The notes: generated from the letters alone by a model not told the origin. A stretch of 64,000 nucleotides of DNA from a bacterium (GCA_965261595.1 CBDHDG010000005.1:32001-96000), one strand, 5' to 3'; positions 1 to 11,850 are shown, counted from the first letter of the stretch. A program made the numbers and translations.

Positions 1-513
1 CCTTGTCGGGGTTCTTGTAGGACACCTGTGGACGCCTCCCATCGGGGCTGGAATCGGGACGACGGACGCCCGGCCGGCGCCGGGCCGGCAGGACGTCCTG
101 ACAGAGAACGTCAATCAGTGCTTCTGCTTGCGGTCGCAGAACAATCCCGTTGCCATCCAGCCCATATGTTGCATCGATGACAATTCCTTCTGTCCAGCAG
201 GAGGTTGAGTAGAATTCATGCAACATAATTTTTCGGCACCTGTGCACGTAATCGTGCCTCCACCAACAGGGAGACGCGACTATGTCCAAAGAACTGTTCA
301 CACAACCGGACACCATCAAGGCATACCAGGCGGCACCGCTCGCTCGGGGGTGGCGATATCTTCACCATCGCACGGAATGCAGTACCAGACCGCTTGCGTT
401 GTAAAGATTGCCGGGACCCGATTGCGCTCGGTTCGCCTTCCTGAAATCCCTATGATTGCAAAAGGTTATGTTGCGGCGATCCGGACTTCTTCCATAGCAG
501 TCAGAAGAATCTG

Positions 514-2239
514 TCATCGCTGCAACATATTCCGCCAGATAACATTACAGCCCCAGTACTGGACCCCGGAGTTCCGGAGGTTGATTCCGGTTGCAATGAT
601 GATCTCGTCCCGCACGGGCCGCATCTTCCGGACCGCCTGCCGAGACACGATCGTATTCGCCGCCTTGGACTGGTTCTTGGTCCTTGTGGACCGCCCCTGG
701 GTTATTGGACACTCGGGTGAGGGTATTCGACCTCATGCGGCCTCCGCAACTTGAGCGAGTTTTTCCTGCCTTGCCTGGGCCGGCGTTCGGTAGCCGTAGC
801 CCTCGAGAATCCAATGATGGTTGTACAGGTTTTTGAACTCAAGCAGCGCCCACCGCAGTTCCTCTACGGTGGCGAAAGAGCGCACCCACAGGAGATTCTC
901 CTTCAAGATGCGGATAAACCACTCACAGTAGCCATTTCCCTCGGGCGCCCGCACGAAGCTGGGCGAACTGGTCATGCCCAGGTAGGCGATCTCCCGCTGA
1001 AAGTCATCGGACAGATAGGCGGGGCCGTGGTCGTGACGAACTTTAAGCCCCTCGGCGACGTCCGCCTCCAAGCCGGCGAAGCGCTCGGCGACCCCCTGCC
1101 GGATCGGCTCCAGGGCCTCGAAGCGGTTGCCGCTCTTGGCCGCATGGATCCCCACGCAGTCCACCGAGCAGTGATCCACCGCCACGAACACCGAGGCCAC
1201 CCCCTCCTCGGTGGTCACCGTCGTCGTCATGTCCGTGCCCCACATTCGGTCGGGCCGCTCGGTGCGGATGGTCCCGTTGTGGGCCTTGGGACCTCGGGGT
1301 TTGCCCACCCGGTGGGGGGCCTGAAGCCCCGCCTCCCGCATCAGGCGACGCACCCGCTCCTTGCTGGTGCGGATGCCCGCGAAGCGCAGCCTCGCCCACA
1401 CCTTGCGGTAGCCCTCGCCATGGAAGGGAGAGTCCTCCAGGACCTGCCGGATGTGGCCGAGGAGTTCCGCATCGGTGCACGGGCCCACAGGGCCGCGCTT
1501 ATTGGGCGTGGGGCGTTCATGAACGGGGACCGCCTCTCGCCGCCGTTGCGCGTAGACCGTGGAGCGCGCCAAGCCCCAAAGGGCGCACACCCGCTTCAGG
1601 CCGTAGGCTCTGCCCGTGGAGGTGAAGCGGGCCTGACTCATCGCCTCCACCTCCTGCCGGCTAAAGGGCGGCCGGCCTCCAGGCGGTCGATCTTCTCCCG
1701 CAGGACCTCGCCCTCCATCGTGAGTTCGCCCACCTTGGCCTTGAGCCGGGCGTTCTCCTCGGCCCGCTCATCCGCCGGGCGGGCTTTGAGCGCCGCCTCG
1801 CCCCCGCGAAGGAACGCCTCGCGCCAGGCGGAAAGCCGAGCCGCTGTCGTGCCCAACTCGCGGCAGAGCGTCTCCAGGCTCTCGCCCCGCAAAAGACGCA
1901 GGACCGCCTCCCGCTTGCGCTGGCAGGAGAACCGACCCCGCTCACTGCGATGCCCTGGGGCCTTGGCTCCGTTCGCCCTGCGGGCGCCCTCCGCCAAAGC
2001 CCCCTCTTGCTTTTGTTCGTTCATCGCGACACCCCTTTCTCCATGAATCATGGATCAATCGAGTGTCCAACAAAACCCTAGAGCGGGGGACTTGTACCCC
2101 CGGCGCGCAGGGGCCGGATGTCGCCGTCAGCCATTGACCGGAAGCGCTCGACCACGTAGCGGTCGTCATCGAGACCTTGGCCGAACAGGTGGGTGAGGAA
2201 GGTGCTTGCGTTGCCGGGATGGGTCTGGACCGTGGGCAT
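514..2239 (-). pseudogene. Hypothetical ~105-aa gene split by IS3-A copy 1
   Basis: Removing 687-2090 plus one CTTG copy leaves 318 nt in frame from ATG 2239 (upstream GAAGGAGG RBS) to TGA 514: MPTVQTHPGNASTFL...RAGGT|RTKNQSKAAN...NMLQR. Confidence 0.6.
687..2090 (-). mobile_element. IS3-family element A, copy 1 (1404 bp; orfA ~1638-2024, orfB 733-1650)
   Basis: HTH orfA plus rve-type DDE orfB (WGTD, HDHG, NGYCE). Imperfect TIRs TGGACCGCCCCTGGGTTATTGGACACTCG / TCCCCCGCTCTAGGGTTTTGTTGGACACTCG. 4-bp TSD CTTG at 683-686 and 2091-2094. Confidence 0.95.
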
Positions 2240-2575
2240 GGTGCCGTCCTCCTTCGGGTCGATGGTTAAGAGAGGCGGCGATGCCCTCCCCGGGACATCC
2301 GTCCGCCGCCCCGCTCACGGCCCGGCTCGGCCTCTTCGCGGCGCATTGCGCGTCTGTGAATAGCGGTGGAGATGTCGTTGTGGTGAATGTTTCGGTGGGT
2401 GGGAATTCGACCCCCTCGGCCACCGCGGGCTGCCCGTGGTTCGGACGGGGGTATCCTAAATCTACCGATTCTGGGGAAAACTCACGTCCACGGGCTGTCG
2501 CCCACCTCAGGGCGGGGGCGACAACCATAACCTTTCCATCAAAACGGGATAACTCAAGTACATGAACCCCTTGGT

Positions 2576-4006
2576 GAGGGTATGCCAAACTTAGTTGAAA
2601 ATTGACGGAGCGCCCCCCCAGTGGTGGAGTTGGGTTGTGTGAGATGCACATCCACCCACCGGAGGAAAGGAGACGCTCCATGAACACGGTGCGACGAGGG
2701 AAGAGGCAGGTCAAGGGTGAAGAGCCGAAGCGGGTCACGTTGGCGGATTTTGCGCTGCATGCTCCGGTGGACACGTTGGTCGAGTTGATCCAGGCGTTGA
2801 TCCCTTTGGGGTTGATGGCGGTGGGGGATTGCCTGAAGGCGGACGTGGCACGCTTGGCGGGGCGCGCTACCGTCGTGGGGACGGCTTGGCCAGTCACGTG
2901 CGGTGGGGCCGTCAGCGAGGCTCGGTGTATTTGGCCGATCAGAAGCTGCCCATCCAGGTTTCTCGGGTCAGAAATCGCCTCACCGGCCAGGAGGCGCCGC
3001 TGGAGACGTACACGCGCTTGCAGAGGCCGCGCGGGGCCGATGCCGGACTGTTCCGCCGGGTGCTGAAGGGGCTGAGCTGTCGGGACTATGAGGGATGCGC
3101 CGAGGCGGTGCCCGAGGCCTTTGGGCTTTCCCCCTCGACGGTCTCGCGCCGCTTCATCCGGGCCAGCGCCCGCAAGCTCAAAGAGCTCTGCGAGCGCCCC
3201 CTGCAAGGGTATGACTTCGTGGGCCTGGTCCTGGACGGCAAGCGCTTTGAGGACGACCTCATGGTGATTGCCCTGGGCATCACGGTTCAGGGCGAAAAGG
3301 TGGTGTTGGGGTTTGTTCAGACCGGGACCGGGACCGAGCGGGCGTTGACGGCGTTTTTGCGGGAGTTGGTGGAGCGGGGGCTGCGCTCTGAGGCTGGTCT
3401 GCTCTGTGTGATCGACAGCTCCAAGGGCCTTCGGGCGGCGATTCGGCGGGTTTTTGAGGCACACGCGGTGGTGCAGCGCTGCCAGTGGCATAAGCGCGAG
3501 GGCGTGCTCAGCCACCTGCCCAAGGGCCGGCAGGGGCGCATCGGGCGGAAACTCCAGGCGGCTTATGATGAGCCCACTTACGAGGGGGCCAAGGGGGCGC
3601 TCGGGAGGCTTCGCAAAGAGCTTGAGCTGCTCAACCGCTCGGCGGTGAAGAGCCTGGACGAAGGCCTGGAGGAGACCTTGACGCTCCATCGCCTGGGGGT
3701 CTTTCCCATCTTGGGGAGAAGCCTGAAGACGACGAACTGCTTGGAGTCGATCATGTCGCTCATTGCTCAGCGAACGGACAGGGTGGACCACTGGCGCAAC
3801 AGCGACCAGAAGCAGCGCTGGGTGGCCACGGCGCTCCTCGACATCGAGCCTCGGCTGAACCGGATCCAGGGCTGCCGGCATCTGCCGGTCTTGAGGGCCG
3901 CCATCCGCTCTACGCTCGGCCTTCGGGCTGACTGCGACGAGCGCGAGGTGGCCTAACGTGCACCCAGGGGTCACTCCGGAATTTCAACTAAGAATGGCAT
4001 TGACTC
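2576..4006 (+). mobile_element. IS256-family element; transposase 2680-3956 frameshifted near 2860
   Basis: Mutator-type motifs (LVLDGK, VQRCQWHK, TTNCLES). TIRs GAGGGTATGCCAAACTTAGTTGAAA / GAGTCAATGCCATTCTTAGTTGAAA. 9-bp TSD CCCCTTGGT at 2567-2575 and 4007-4015. Confidence 0.92.
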
Positions 4007-4106
4007 CCCCTTGGTCATCGGGAGAGAACAGATGTCGACCACCCAGACTTAGTTGGGGCGCTGAACGGTGAGATCCCTAAGCCGGTAAGGGTCCAGCTCT
4101 GGGTAC

Positions 4107-4445
4107 GATGTCACCGTCTTCGGGCGATCACCGGAAAGCGATGTCGCCTGTCCGGCATGCGTCAAGGGACGGCTTGAGCGACGCGAGAATGCCCGGGATG
4201 GGAGCGCCTTCTACGGCTGATCGAACTGGCCCAATTGCGGGCACAGGCAATCCTCCTGCCCTGCTTGCGGGACGGGATTGCCCGTCAAGGCGAAGGGCGT
4301 GTTCCGTTGCCGCGACTGCGGTCAGGCCATGGAGGGATGCCCGGACTGCGACGGCTGGCTGCAACGCAGGAGCGGCAAGTACGGCCCCTTCCCAGGATGC
4401 ACGAATTGGCCCGATTGCAGATACACCCGAGACGTTCGGCAGTAA
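4107..4445 (+). pseudogene. C-terminal fragment with topoisomerase-type C4 zinc-ribbon repeats (as found on helicase IV/UvrD or topoisomerase C-termini)
   Basis: Manual translation CPACVKGRLERRENARDGSAFYG*SNWPNC...CPACG...CRDCG...CPDCDGWLQRRSGKYGPFPGCTNWPDCRYT. No start codon; TGA at 4218-4220. Confidence 0.7.
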
Positions 4446-4502
4446 CGGCCACGGAACTAGACTCCCGCCGGAGGTTCCGGTCTCGGCGGTGAACGAATAG
4501 GA

Positions 4503-5587
4503 CCCGCATTTCCCATTTGGATCATAAGATTGGACAGACCGAAAGGCGCTTTCTCATGTAAAATCAGCGTGTTGGCTTCCCCCTGCCACGTTCTCGCGGG
4601 GGAACCCTCTGGGTGGAGCGAAAAAGACGGCATTGAGGGTCCATTGTAACCGCAGGCTGAGGCTTGACTTTCACGGAGCCAGAATCACTTCAGATGCAGG
4701 ATTGCTGGCCTGCCGGGAGTTGGATGATGCGCTGGGTTTGACGGTGAGAGCACCAGCCCACTTGCAAGAGATCCGTCATGGCCGGAACGTCCAGCATGAG
4801 TTGGTGCCGCTATTGCGCCAGTCAGTCTATAGTCGCCTGGCCGGGTACGAGGACACCAACGATGCCGAGCGATTGGCGAGAGACCCTGCTAGGCAAGCCG
4901 TAGTGGGCCGGCGGGCACTTGAGAAGCAGGCGGCCAGTACCAACACATGGAGCCGGTTCGAGACGGAAGTTCTCTGCAGCGAGGAGAACCTGAGTAGGCT
5001 GAGGCAACTGAACACGGAATGGGTAGAGCGGGCCATGAGCCGCACGCCGCATCAGCGGGTCATCCTGGACATGGATAGCTCGGAAAGCCGGGTGCACGGA
5101 CAGCAGGAAAGGACTGCCTATAACGGTCACTTCGGTTCCCTCTGCTACCATCCCTTATTCTGCTTCAACCAGTTTGGGGACTGCGAGGGGGCGATGTTGC
5201 GTCCGGGCAACGTTCACAGCGCCGATGGGTGGCGAAAGTTGTTGGAGCCCATCACGGCCCGCTATGAGCACGCGGATGTTCGCCGTTCCTTTCGGGCCGA
5301 TGCCGCCTTTCCGAGCCCCGAGGTCTATGAGTACTTGGAAGAGCGTGGCTTCCTCTACGCCATCCGGCTCCCTGCGAACGAAGTGCTCTACCCACGGATC
5401 GACTTCCTGCTGACTCGCCCGGTCGGTCGCCCGCCCAAGAGACCCATCATCTTCTATCACGACTCCCGGTATCAGGCTGGAAGCTGGGACCACCCCCGAG
5501 GGGTGGTGGCGAAGGTGGAATGGCACTCAGGCGAACGCTTCCCTCGCGTCGGATTCATTGTCACGAACCGGACGGCTCGACCCGAGG
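4503..5587 (+). mobile_element. IS1380-family fragment (left end plus 5' part of the transposase)
   Basis: Left end CCCGCATTTCCCAT matches the other IS1380 copies. Motifs ITSDAGLL, LDMDSS, RADAAF. Homology stops at ~5587. Confidence 0.88.
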
Positions 5588-5803
5588 GTGACCGAGGCTG
5601 CGAAGAGGCTCGCCGTGTCGCGCAACACGCTTTCCATGCTGCTCAACGGCCGGATCGGCATTTCCCCTGAGATGGCCATCCGGCTCTCTCAGGCTTTCGG
5701 GGGGAGTCCTGAAAGCTGGTTGCAGCAGCAGATGCAGTACGATCTATGGCAGACTCAGACGAACCGAGACAAGATTGCGGTTCTCAGGTTCGTGACCGCC
5801 TGA
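5588..5803 (+). pseudogene. higA: HigA-family (HTH-XRE) antitoxin, 5'-truncated
   Basis: [55 protein letters not shown] is typical of HigA. The N-terminal HPG motif is missing and replaced by IS1380 sequence. Confidence 0.8.
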
Positions 5804-6003
5804 TCGCCGAAGACGAACAGGCCGCGCAGAACCCCGGCGGAAGCGCGATGGTGGTCCGCTTCAACCCCAGATACATCGAGCCGTTTTCATGAGCCGTAAA
5901 ATCCTCATATCATATTGATATGAGGATGAATATTCATTTTCTCCAATCCCGTTCGGAACCCGTCTTTTACAACTTGTAATCAAAACGAAAGCGGATTCAT
6001 TAA

Positions 6004-6904
6004 GGGAATTATAAAGGTTTTGACACTAATTGGGTGAGTTGTTGGACCACCAGGGGAAAGAGATCCTGGTGGCGGTGATTGTAGCGGAATTCCATCTCCT
6101 TCAGGTAGAGGGGGAATCGCTCCTTGGACACGCCATGATGTTTGATGAGCCTCTGCTTGGCGTAGGCCCAAAAGCCTTCCAGGCCGTTGATGTGCACTTT
6201 GCCCCGACTGAAGCGCCGATCATGATCCACCCGCAGGTGGCGATAGCCGCAGAACATCAGGGCGTCATAGACGCTGGTAGCGGTCGGTGTAGACCACGCT
6301 GCCCCGATGGACCCGCTTCACGGTGGAGGCCAAAAGGGTCTGGGCCTTGACATTGCCGACCGCCTCCACCTTCACCCGGCCACCCCGCTCCAAAATACCG
6401 AAAACAGGGACTTTACCCGCTGCGCCTCGGCCTCTCTTCCCCTTGCGCCTGCCCCCGAAGTAGGCCTCGTCCGCCTCCACCTCCCCTCGAAGAAGCTCCT
6501 GTCCCCCCGGCGTTCCGGCCACAAGACTGCGCCTGAGCGTCGTCACAGCCCTGAGCGCCGTCGGATAGCTCACGGCGAGTTGCTGGGCCATCTTGCGGGC
6601 CGAGACCTCCAGCTCAAAGAGCTTCACCACCCAAAGCCACTCCCGGGCTGAGAGGCGAAGCTGGCCCAGCCAGCGGCCCGTGAACGGCCCGAAGGTGTAC
6701 CGACACCCAGCGCAGCGAAAGCGCCCTTTCGTGCCCACAACGTAGCATTTTCGACCCTCACAACGAGGGCAGATTTTACGCCCGTTTTTCTGACACGCCC
6801 TGAGCAAATGGCGTCTCGCTGTAACCTCCGTTTTTACAAGCCCTTCAAAGCTCTTTACGTCCACGACACCAGCCTAATCCGGTGTCATAGCTTTTACAAG
6901 CCCC
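6004..6904 (-). mobile_element. IS1595-family element; transposase 6009-6864 frameshifted near 6270
   Basis: Zn ribbon CPRC..CAGC and motifs VEADEAYFGG, VYTD, HINGLEGFW, YLKEMEFRYN. Imperfect 23-bp TIRs GGGAATTATAAAGGTTTTGACAC / GGGGCTTGTAAAAGCTATGACAC. No TSD seen. Confidence 0.88.
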
Positions 6905-6921
6905 TAAGGATTTGATGACTC

Positions 6922-7311
6922 TCATAAGAGAGTGCGCCTGCGTTTTTCAAGCCAACTCCGGGCTCGCTCGGAGTTGACGGCCCACATGCCGGAGCCCTTG
7001 CCTCCGGGGGAATAGAAGGGTGCTTCGGAATCAGGCAATCCCCTCTGCCTGAAAACGGTGGAATCGACACAGTTTTGATTGTAGGAACTCTGAACAGCTT
7101 CCTCGAACTTTCCAGGGATAGGTAATCCAGTATCTTTGCGTTGCTTTTCAAGTGTGTCGAGAATCCACCTCCTCGTCATTCCATTTTTGTGCGGCAGCAG
7201 GAGCTTGATCAAGCCCTCGACATAGGTGTGTTCCTTTCTTAACTTCGCCAATTCGATGACTTCAACAATGTTACGACATAATGCGTCATAGTCAGGCCCA
7301 TTTTCGGCCAT
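6922..7311 (-). CDS. Hypothetical protein, possibly winged-HTH
   Basis: 129-aa ORF with GAGGAG RBS upstream; C-terminal FYSPGGKGSGMWAV resembles a wHTH wing. Confidence 0.55.
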   Translation of the reverse strand: MAENGPDYDALCRNIVEVIELAKLRKEHTYVEGLIKLLLPHKNGMTRRWILDTLEKQRKDTGLPIPGKFEEAVQSSYNQNCVDSTVFRQRGLPDSEAPFYSPGGKGSGMWAVNSERARSWLEKRRRTLL

Positions 7312-7363
7312 TTCTCATCTCCTCAATCATCACCCAGAAAAACCGGCTTGACAAGGGATTGAC

Positions 7364-7455
7364 AAAAAGGGGTCAGATCTATTTTTCATCTCATGAGTTG
7401 AGCGAGAGTTGCCGTCGACTCGCCGGGCTGCGAAAAATAGATCTAACCCCTTTTT
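7364..7455. repeat. ~92-bp element bounded by 24-bp inverted repeats (REP/MITE-like)
   Basis: AAAAAGGGGTCAGATCTATTTTTC ... GAAAAATAGATCTAACCCCTTTTT, one mismatch. Confidence 0.75.
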
Positions 7456-7739
7456 CACCACCGAAACATCCTGGAAGCACATTCAAGATTTCAGATGGTC
7501 GGGAAGAACGCACCCCTGGGTTCAAGGTTCATAAAGGATTATCGGAGAACGAAGAATACACGGTTTCGTCAGTCATTTTCACATGCAACGTAGAGGATGA
7601 TTACATATGTATTGACCCGCCTACTGGAGACGAAATCACCGTTACGCGCGAATGGGACGATGTATCGGTAAGGTGCGTTTTGTCGATAGGCTCTGATGAG
7701 GTAGAACCTTGGCAAATCAGCAAGAGAGCCCTTTCGAAG

Positions 7740-8156
7740 CTATTCTTTAGTTGACCTCAGAAGTTCGAGTGTTTCCAGAAGGCCCTGGATCATATTCTTT
7801 AAACTCGCATAATCAGTCTTGAAGACATCCTTCCCCCCTGCCATATTCTCGATGATGAGAGCAACAGAAGAGACGTGCTCTCCATCCAATAAGATCACAT
7901 CCATGTCCCGAAGAACGAAGTCCAGAGGATTTAGTTTCTTGGCCAATTCCGCGGCCAGTTCCCTGTCTAGCCTGTAATGACATCCACCCTGCATCAAATC
8001 GGAGGTGTTATTTCCAGACATCAATACCAAGGCAAGGGACCCGTCTTCTTGACGAACCACCTCACAATCCTTTAGGGGTCTAGGTTTCACTTCATCCAAA
8101 ATGTTCTTTACGTATTCGTCACGGCTCATACTATCCAGTAGGTTGTCTTGCATCAT
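7740..8156 (-). CDS. Hypothetical protein (138 aa)
   Basis: Open frame MMQDNLLDSMSRDEY...; GGAG upstream; no family recognised. Confidence 0.5.
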   Translation of the reverse strand: MMQDNLLDSMSRDEYVKNILDEVKPRPLKDCEVVRQEDGSLALVLMSGNNTSDLMQGGCHYRLDRELAAELAKKLNPLDFVLRDMDVILLDGEHVSSVALIIENMAGGKDVFKTDYASLKNMIQGLLETLELLRSTKE

Positions 8157-8169
8157 CTTTTCTCTCCAG

Positions 8170-8300
8170 TTTGTCCTTCGCCCGCTTCTTGTACGGCCCA
8201 CGGGGCCCGGGCTTGGGATCGCGCGCCTCGATGAGCTCGACGATCCACTCCATGGTCCGCGCCCATCCGCCAGGCCGGCCCGCATCGCCGGCGTTCCTTG
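8170..8300 (-). pseudogene. Remnant of an IS1-family-type transposase C-terminus
   Basis: TPAMRAGLAD...MEWIVELIEARDPKPGPRGPYKKR resembles the C-terminal tail of these DDE transposases. Confidence 0.5.
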
Positions 8301-8442
8301 GCCGTCAGGCAGGCGGGGTGCGCTCAATGAGGGTCTTCTGGCCATCGATAAGGGCTTTGAGGGCGGCCATGCTTTCATCGGCAACGTTACACTTGACATA
8401 CCACGCACGATCCCCCATATTGGGGTCAGGAGGTATTCTCTC

Positions 8443-9378
8443 ATGGCCCACTCTGTTCTATCTGCCTCGCATTTCCACAATGAGGATGCGGCCTTCGCAT
8501 ACGTCGAGAATTCCCTTTGGTCAGATGGCCCTTACTGTCCGTTCTGTGGCGCTACTGAAGATCATGTCCGCAAGCTGAATGGCAAGACCACCCGCAAGGG
8601 TTTGCACAAGTGTTACGCCTGCCAGAAACCGTTCACCATTCGGATCGGGACTATCTTCGAGTCTTCGCACCTGCCGCTGCACTTGTGGCTGCAAGTGATC
8701 CATCTGATGTGCGCCAGCAAGAAGGGCATCGCAACCCGCCAAATTCAACGGATGCTCCAGTGCAGCATGAAGACTGCGTGGTTCCTTGCCCATCGCATCC
8801 GCGAAGCCATGAAAGACGGATCGCTTGATCCCCTGGGCGGCGAAGGCAGGGCGGTCGAGGTCGACGAAACCTATATCGGCGGCAAGGAGAAGAACAAGCA
8901 TGCCAACAAGAAACTGCGCACTGGCCGTGGCTCTGTTGGCAAGGTAGCCGTGCTGTCTCTGGTGGAGAGAAATGGACGCGTTCGTTCGATACGCGTTGCG
9001 AGCGTCACCGCCGGAAATCTGCGGCCGGTGTTGGTGGCCCAGATTGACAGCAAGTCCAATCTGTACACTGACGAAGCTGGTCAGTACCGCCAAATGGGGC
9101 GAGACTTCGAGCACAATAGCGTCAACCACAGCTCCAATGAGTACGTGCGCGGGAATGCACACACCAACACCGTCGAGAACTATTTCAGCATCCTCAAGCG
9201 CGGTATCACCGGATGCTACTTCCACGTTAGCGAGGCACACCTGCATCGCTATCTGGCCGAGTTCGACTTCCGCTACAGCAACCGAGAAGGGTTGGGCGTA
9301 GACGACGTTGGCCGCGCCGCGGTCGCTCTGAAAGGGTTCAAAGGCAAACGACTCACCTACGAAACGGCTCACTCGTAA
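8443..9378 (+). CDS. IS1595-family transposase (311 aa, intact frame)
   Basis: AGGAGG RBS; CPFCG..CYAC Zn ribbon; motifs VEVDETYIGG, LYTD, HTNTVENYF, YLAEFDFRY. Confidence 0.93.
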   Translation: MAHSVLSASHFHNEDAAFAYVENSLWSDGPYCPFCGATEDHVRKLNGKTTRKGLHKCYACQKPFTIRIGTIFESSHLPLHLWLQVIHLMCASKKGIATRQIQRMLQCSMKTAWFLAHRIREAMKDGSLDPLGGEGRAVEVDETYIGGKEKNKHANKKLRTGRGSVGKVAVLSLVERNGRVRSIRVASVTAGNLRPVLVAQIDSKSNLYTDEAGQYRQMGRDFEHNSVNHSSNEYVRGNAHTNTVENYFSILKRGITGCYFHVSEAHLHRYLAEFDFRYSNREGLGVDDVGRAAVALKGFKGKRLTYETAHS

Positions 9379-9499
9379 GCAATCGCTAAACGAGAAAACC
9401 CGGCGCTGGCGGGTATGGGCTCGGTTGCAGTTGCCCGACCCGCAACTAGAGTTTTTCTTCATCGTTGAGGACTGACTGGTTGTGAGGTATGGTTCACCC

Positions 9500-9682
9500 A
9501 TGATGCAGAAGCCCACACATAAGACAGCTTTTAAGCCTGACGATCCTGAGCAATATAGGCGTTTTCTCGAAACCGCCGAAGAAGTCGAGGTGGATAAAGA
9601 CCCAAAGGCTTTTGACCGGGCATTCAAGAGCATATCTCTAGCCCTTAAATCCCGAGTTACAGTAAGGGTGCGAAAGCCGTAG
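9500..9682 (+). CDS. Small hypothetical passenger protein of the IS1595 element
   Basis: MMQKPTHK...PEQYRRFLETAEEVEVDKDPKAFDRAFK; GAGG RBS upstream. Confidence 0.5.
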   Translation: MMQKPTHKTAFKPDDPEQYRRFLETAEEVEVDKDPKAFDRAFKSISLALKSRVTVRVRKP

Positions 9683-10317
9683 ATTATCGCTTTGGTTGTC
9701 TCCCCCGCCCTTTGTTCGAATCACATGATCAAATGTCACAGAATTACTGTGGATAGGCGCTTTGCAAATGTCACATCTAATGGGATTATCTAGCGCCGTT
9801 CGAATGAATGTTGCGGACTTTGATTCACGGGATGCCCCACGCTTACTGACCTCCCTGTCGAACGTCGGCGGCGGTATGCTTGACTGCTTCAAGTGGACAA
9901 AATCATCTCGTTCGATAAACGCCTCGAATAGATCGGCATCGGACAGCCTTTGGTGCATTCCCTCAAAGATGGACCAGTAGAGGTTGGCGATACGATTCAG
10001 GCTGCGCCCACCACTTCCCAACCTACTAATCGTGAGAGATACAAACAACTTGTTTGCATGAAGATACTCTTCTAATCGATTCCGAACGCGCGTAAAGTCA
10101 TCTTTTCTATTTTCTTTATCTAGTTTTTTGGAAAACTCCAGAGATGCGAGGAAGGCGTTTGAAAGAAAGAGACCTGATCTCGCGTAATAGTAAATAAGAG
10201 GGTGGAGCCCTAGAGACCCTGCATGGTTTGTGCTAACCAAAATAAGGCGTTTTTTAACATTCTCTAGGTATTCAATGGTTTCCTCTCCAGTTTCATCAGG
10301 CGGAAGAGGATTTTCCA

Positions 10318-11705
10318 GAGATACGCTCAGATCTGGTGTATGGGGTGAATTGAAGAAGGCGGCGCATTCCTGCTGAAATGGGGTTGTGAAGAGCCCGGTT
10401 ATTCAGCGAGAGAGGAGATGCGCCACCATGGAGAAAGATACGACGGTTACATTTTCGAATCCAGCCTTTCGGGACGAACTCAGCGAAGTGGTGCGCCACG
10501 GCGCACGGCAAATCATTCGACAAGCCGTGGAAGCGGAGTTGCAGGCCTTCCTGGAGGAGCATGCGGCCGAGCGCGACGGTCGGGGACGCCGATCGGTCGT
10601 TCGCAACGGCTACCTGCCTTCGCGGGAGGTTTTGACGGGAATCGGCCCGGTCCGTGTCCGTGTTCCCCGGACGCGGGACAGGTCCGGCGGGGGACATTGT
10701 TTCCGCTCGGAGTTGTTGCCGCCCTACCTGAAGAAGACGAGGCGGGTGGAAGCGGTTGTGCCGTGGCTGTACCTGAAGGGGGTATCGACGAATGACTTCG
10801 AGGAAGCCTTGCAAGCGTTGTTCGGCGAATCGGTGAAGGGTTTGTCTGCGGCGAGTGTCGCACGTCTCAAGGGCGGCTGGGAGGTCGAGTACGCCCAATG
10901 GCGGGAGCGTGACTGGGGAGGCGAGGAGTTCGTGTATCTGTGGGCGGACGGGATATACGTGAACGTGCGCAGCGAGGAGCGGCGTTGTCTGTTGGTGGTG
11001 GTGGGTTGCGACGTGCGTGGTTGCAAGCACTTCCTGGCCCTGGATGCGGGGTTCCGGGAATCGAAGGAGAGCTGGAAGGCGGTGCTGTTGAGCCTGCGCG
11101 ACCGCGGGGTGAAGGCGGCGAAACTGGCGGTGGGCGACGGAGGGCTCGGGTTCTGGTCGGCCCTGGCCGAGGTGTACCCAGAAACCCGGGCGCAGCGCTG
11201 CTGGGTGCACAAGACGGCGAACGTGCTCGACAAGCTTCCCAAACGCCTTCAGGGCAGCGCGAAGTCGATGTTGCATGAGATCTGGCGGGCGGATACACGG
11301 GCGAGAGCGGAGGAGGCGTTCAAGCGCTTCGTCGCCACCTACGAAGCCAAATACCCCAAGGCCGCCGACTGCCTGGCCAGGGATCGGGAGACGCTTCTGT
11401 CCTTCTACGACTTCCCGGCGGCTCACTGGCAGCACCTGCGGACTACCAACCCCATCGAATCGACCTTCGCGACCATACGGCTGCGAACGGTGAAGACCAG
11501 GAACTGCCTGAGCGAGAAGACGGCGTTGAGCCTCGTGCATCAACTCGCCATGAGCGCCCAGAAACGCTGGCGTCGGCTACGCGGCTTCCGTCATCTGGCC
11601 GGCGTGGTCGCCGACGTGAAGTTCATCGATGGGATTGACGAGAGAGAGATGGGCAGGGAAGCCGCTTGATTCAGGACGCCCATACACCAGATTTGACAGT
11701 AACTC
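10318..11705 (+). mobile_element. IS256-family element with intact transposase (~10428-11669)
   Basis: Motifs LWADG, VGDGGLG, QRCWVHK, TTNPIES. TIRs GAGATACGCTCAGATCTGGTGTATGG / GAGTTACTGTCAAATCTGGTGTATGG. 9-bp TSD GATTTTCCA. Confidence 0.95.
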
Positions 11706-11850
11706 GATTTTCCATGGTCTTGTTCGCTAGGCTATTAGGAATCTTCAATCCATTCGTGAGACTCACCAGATTGAACACAAACGGCAGAGCGTTATAGCCC
11801 TGCCCGGCTATCGGCAGGTCGGTGGATGTAATGGGCGGGGCATGAGCTGG

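Noticed and set aside
2166..3974. Long antisense ORFs (602 aa here; also 751-2046, 27693-29315, 58851-60359 and others)
   Set aside because: Shadow ORFs opposite recognisable GC-rich genes.
4218..4220. TGA at a conserved Cys (FYG*SNWP) of a zinc-ribbon fragment as a possible selenocysteine
   Set aside because: The fragment has no start, sits in IS debris, and the Cys is a structural Zn ligand. A single TGC-to-TGA mutation is simpler.
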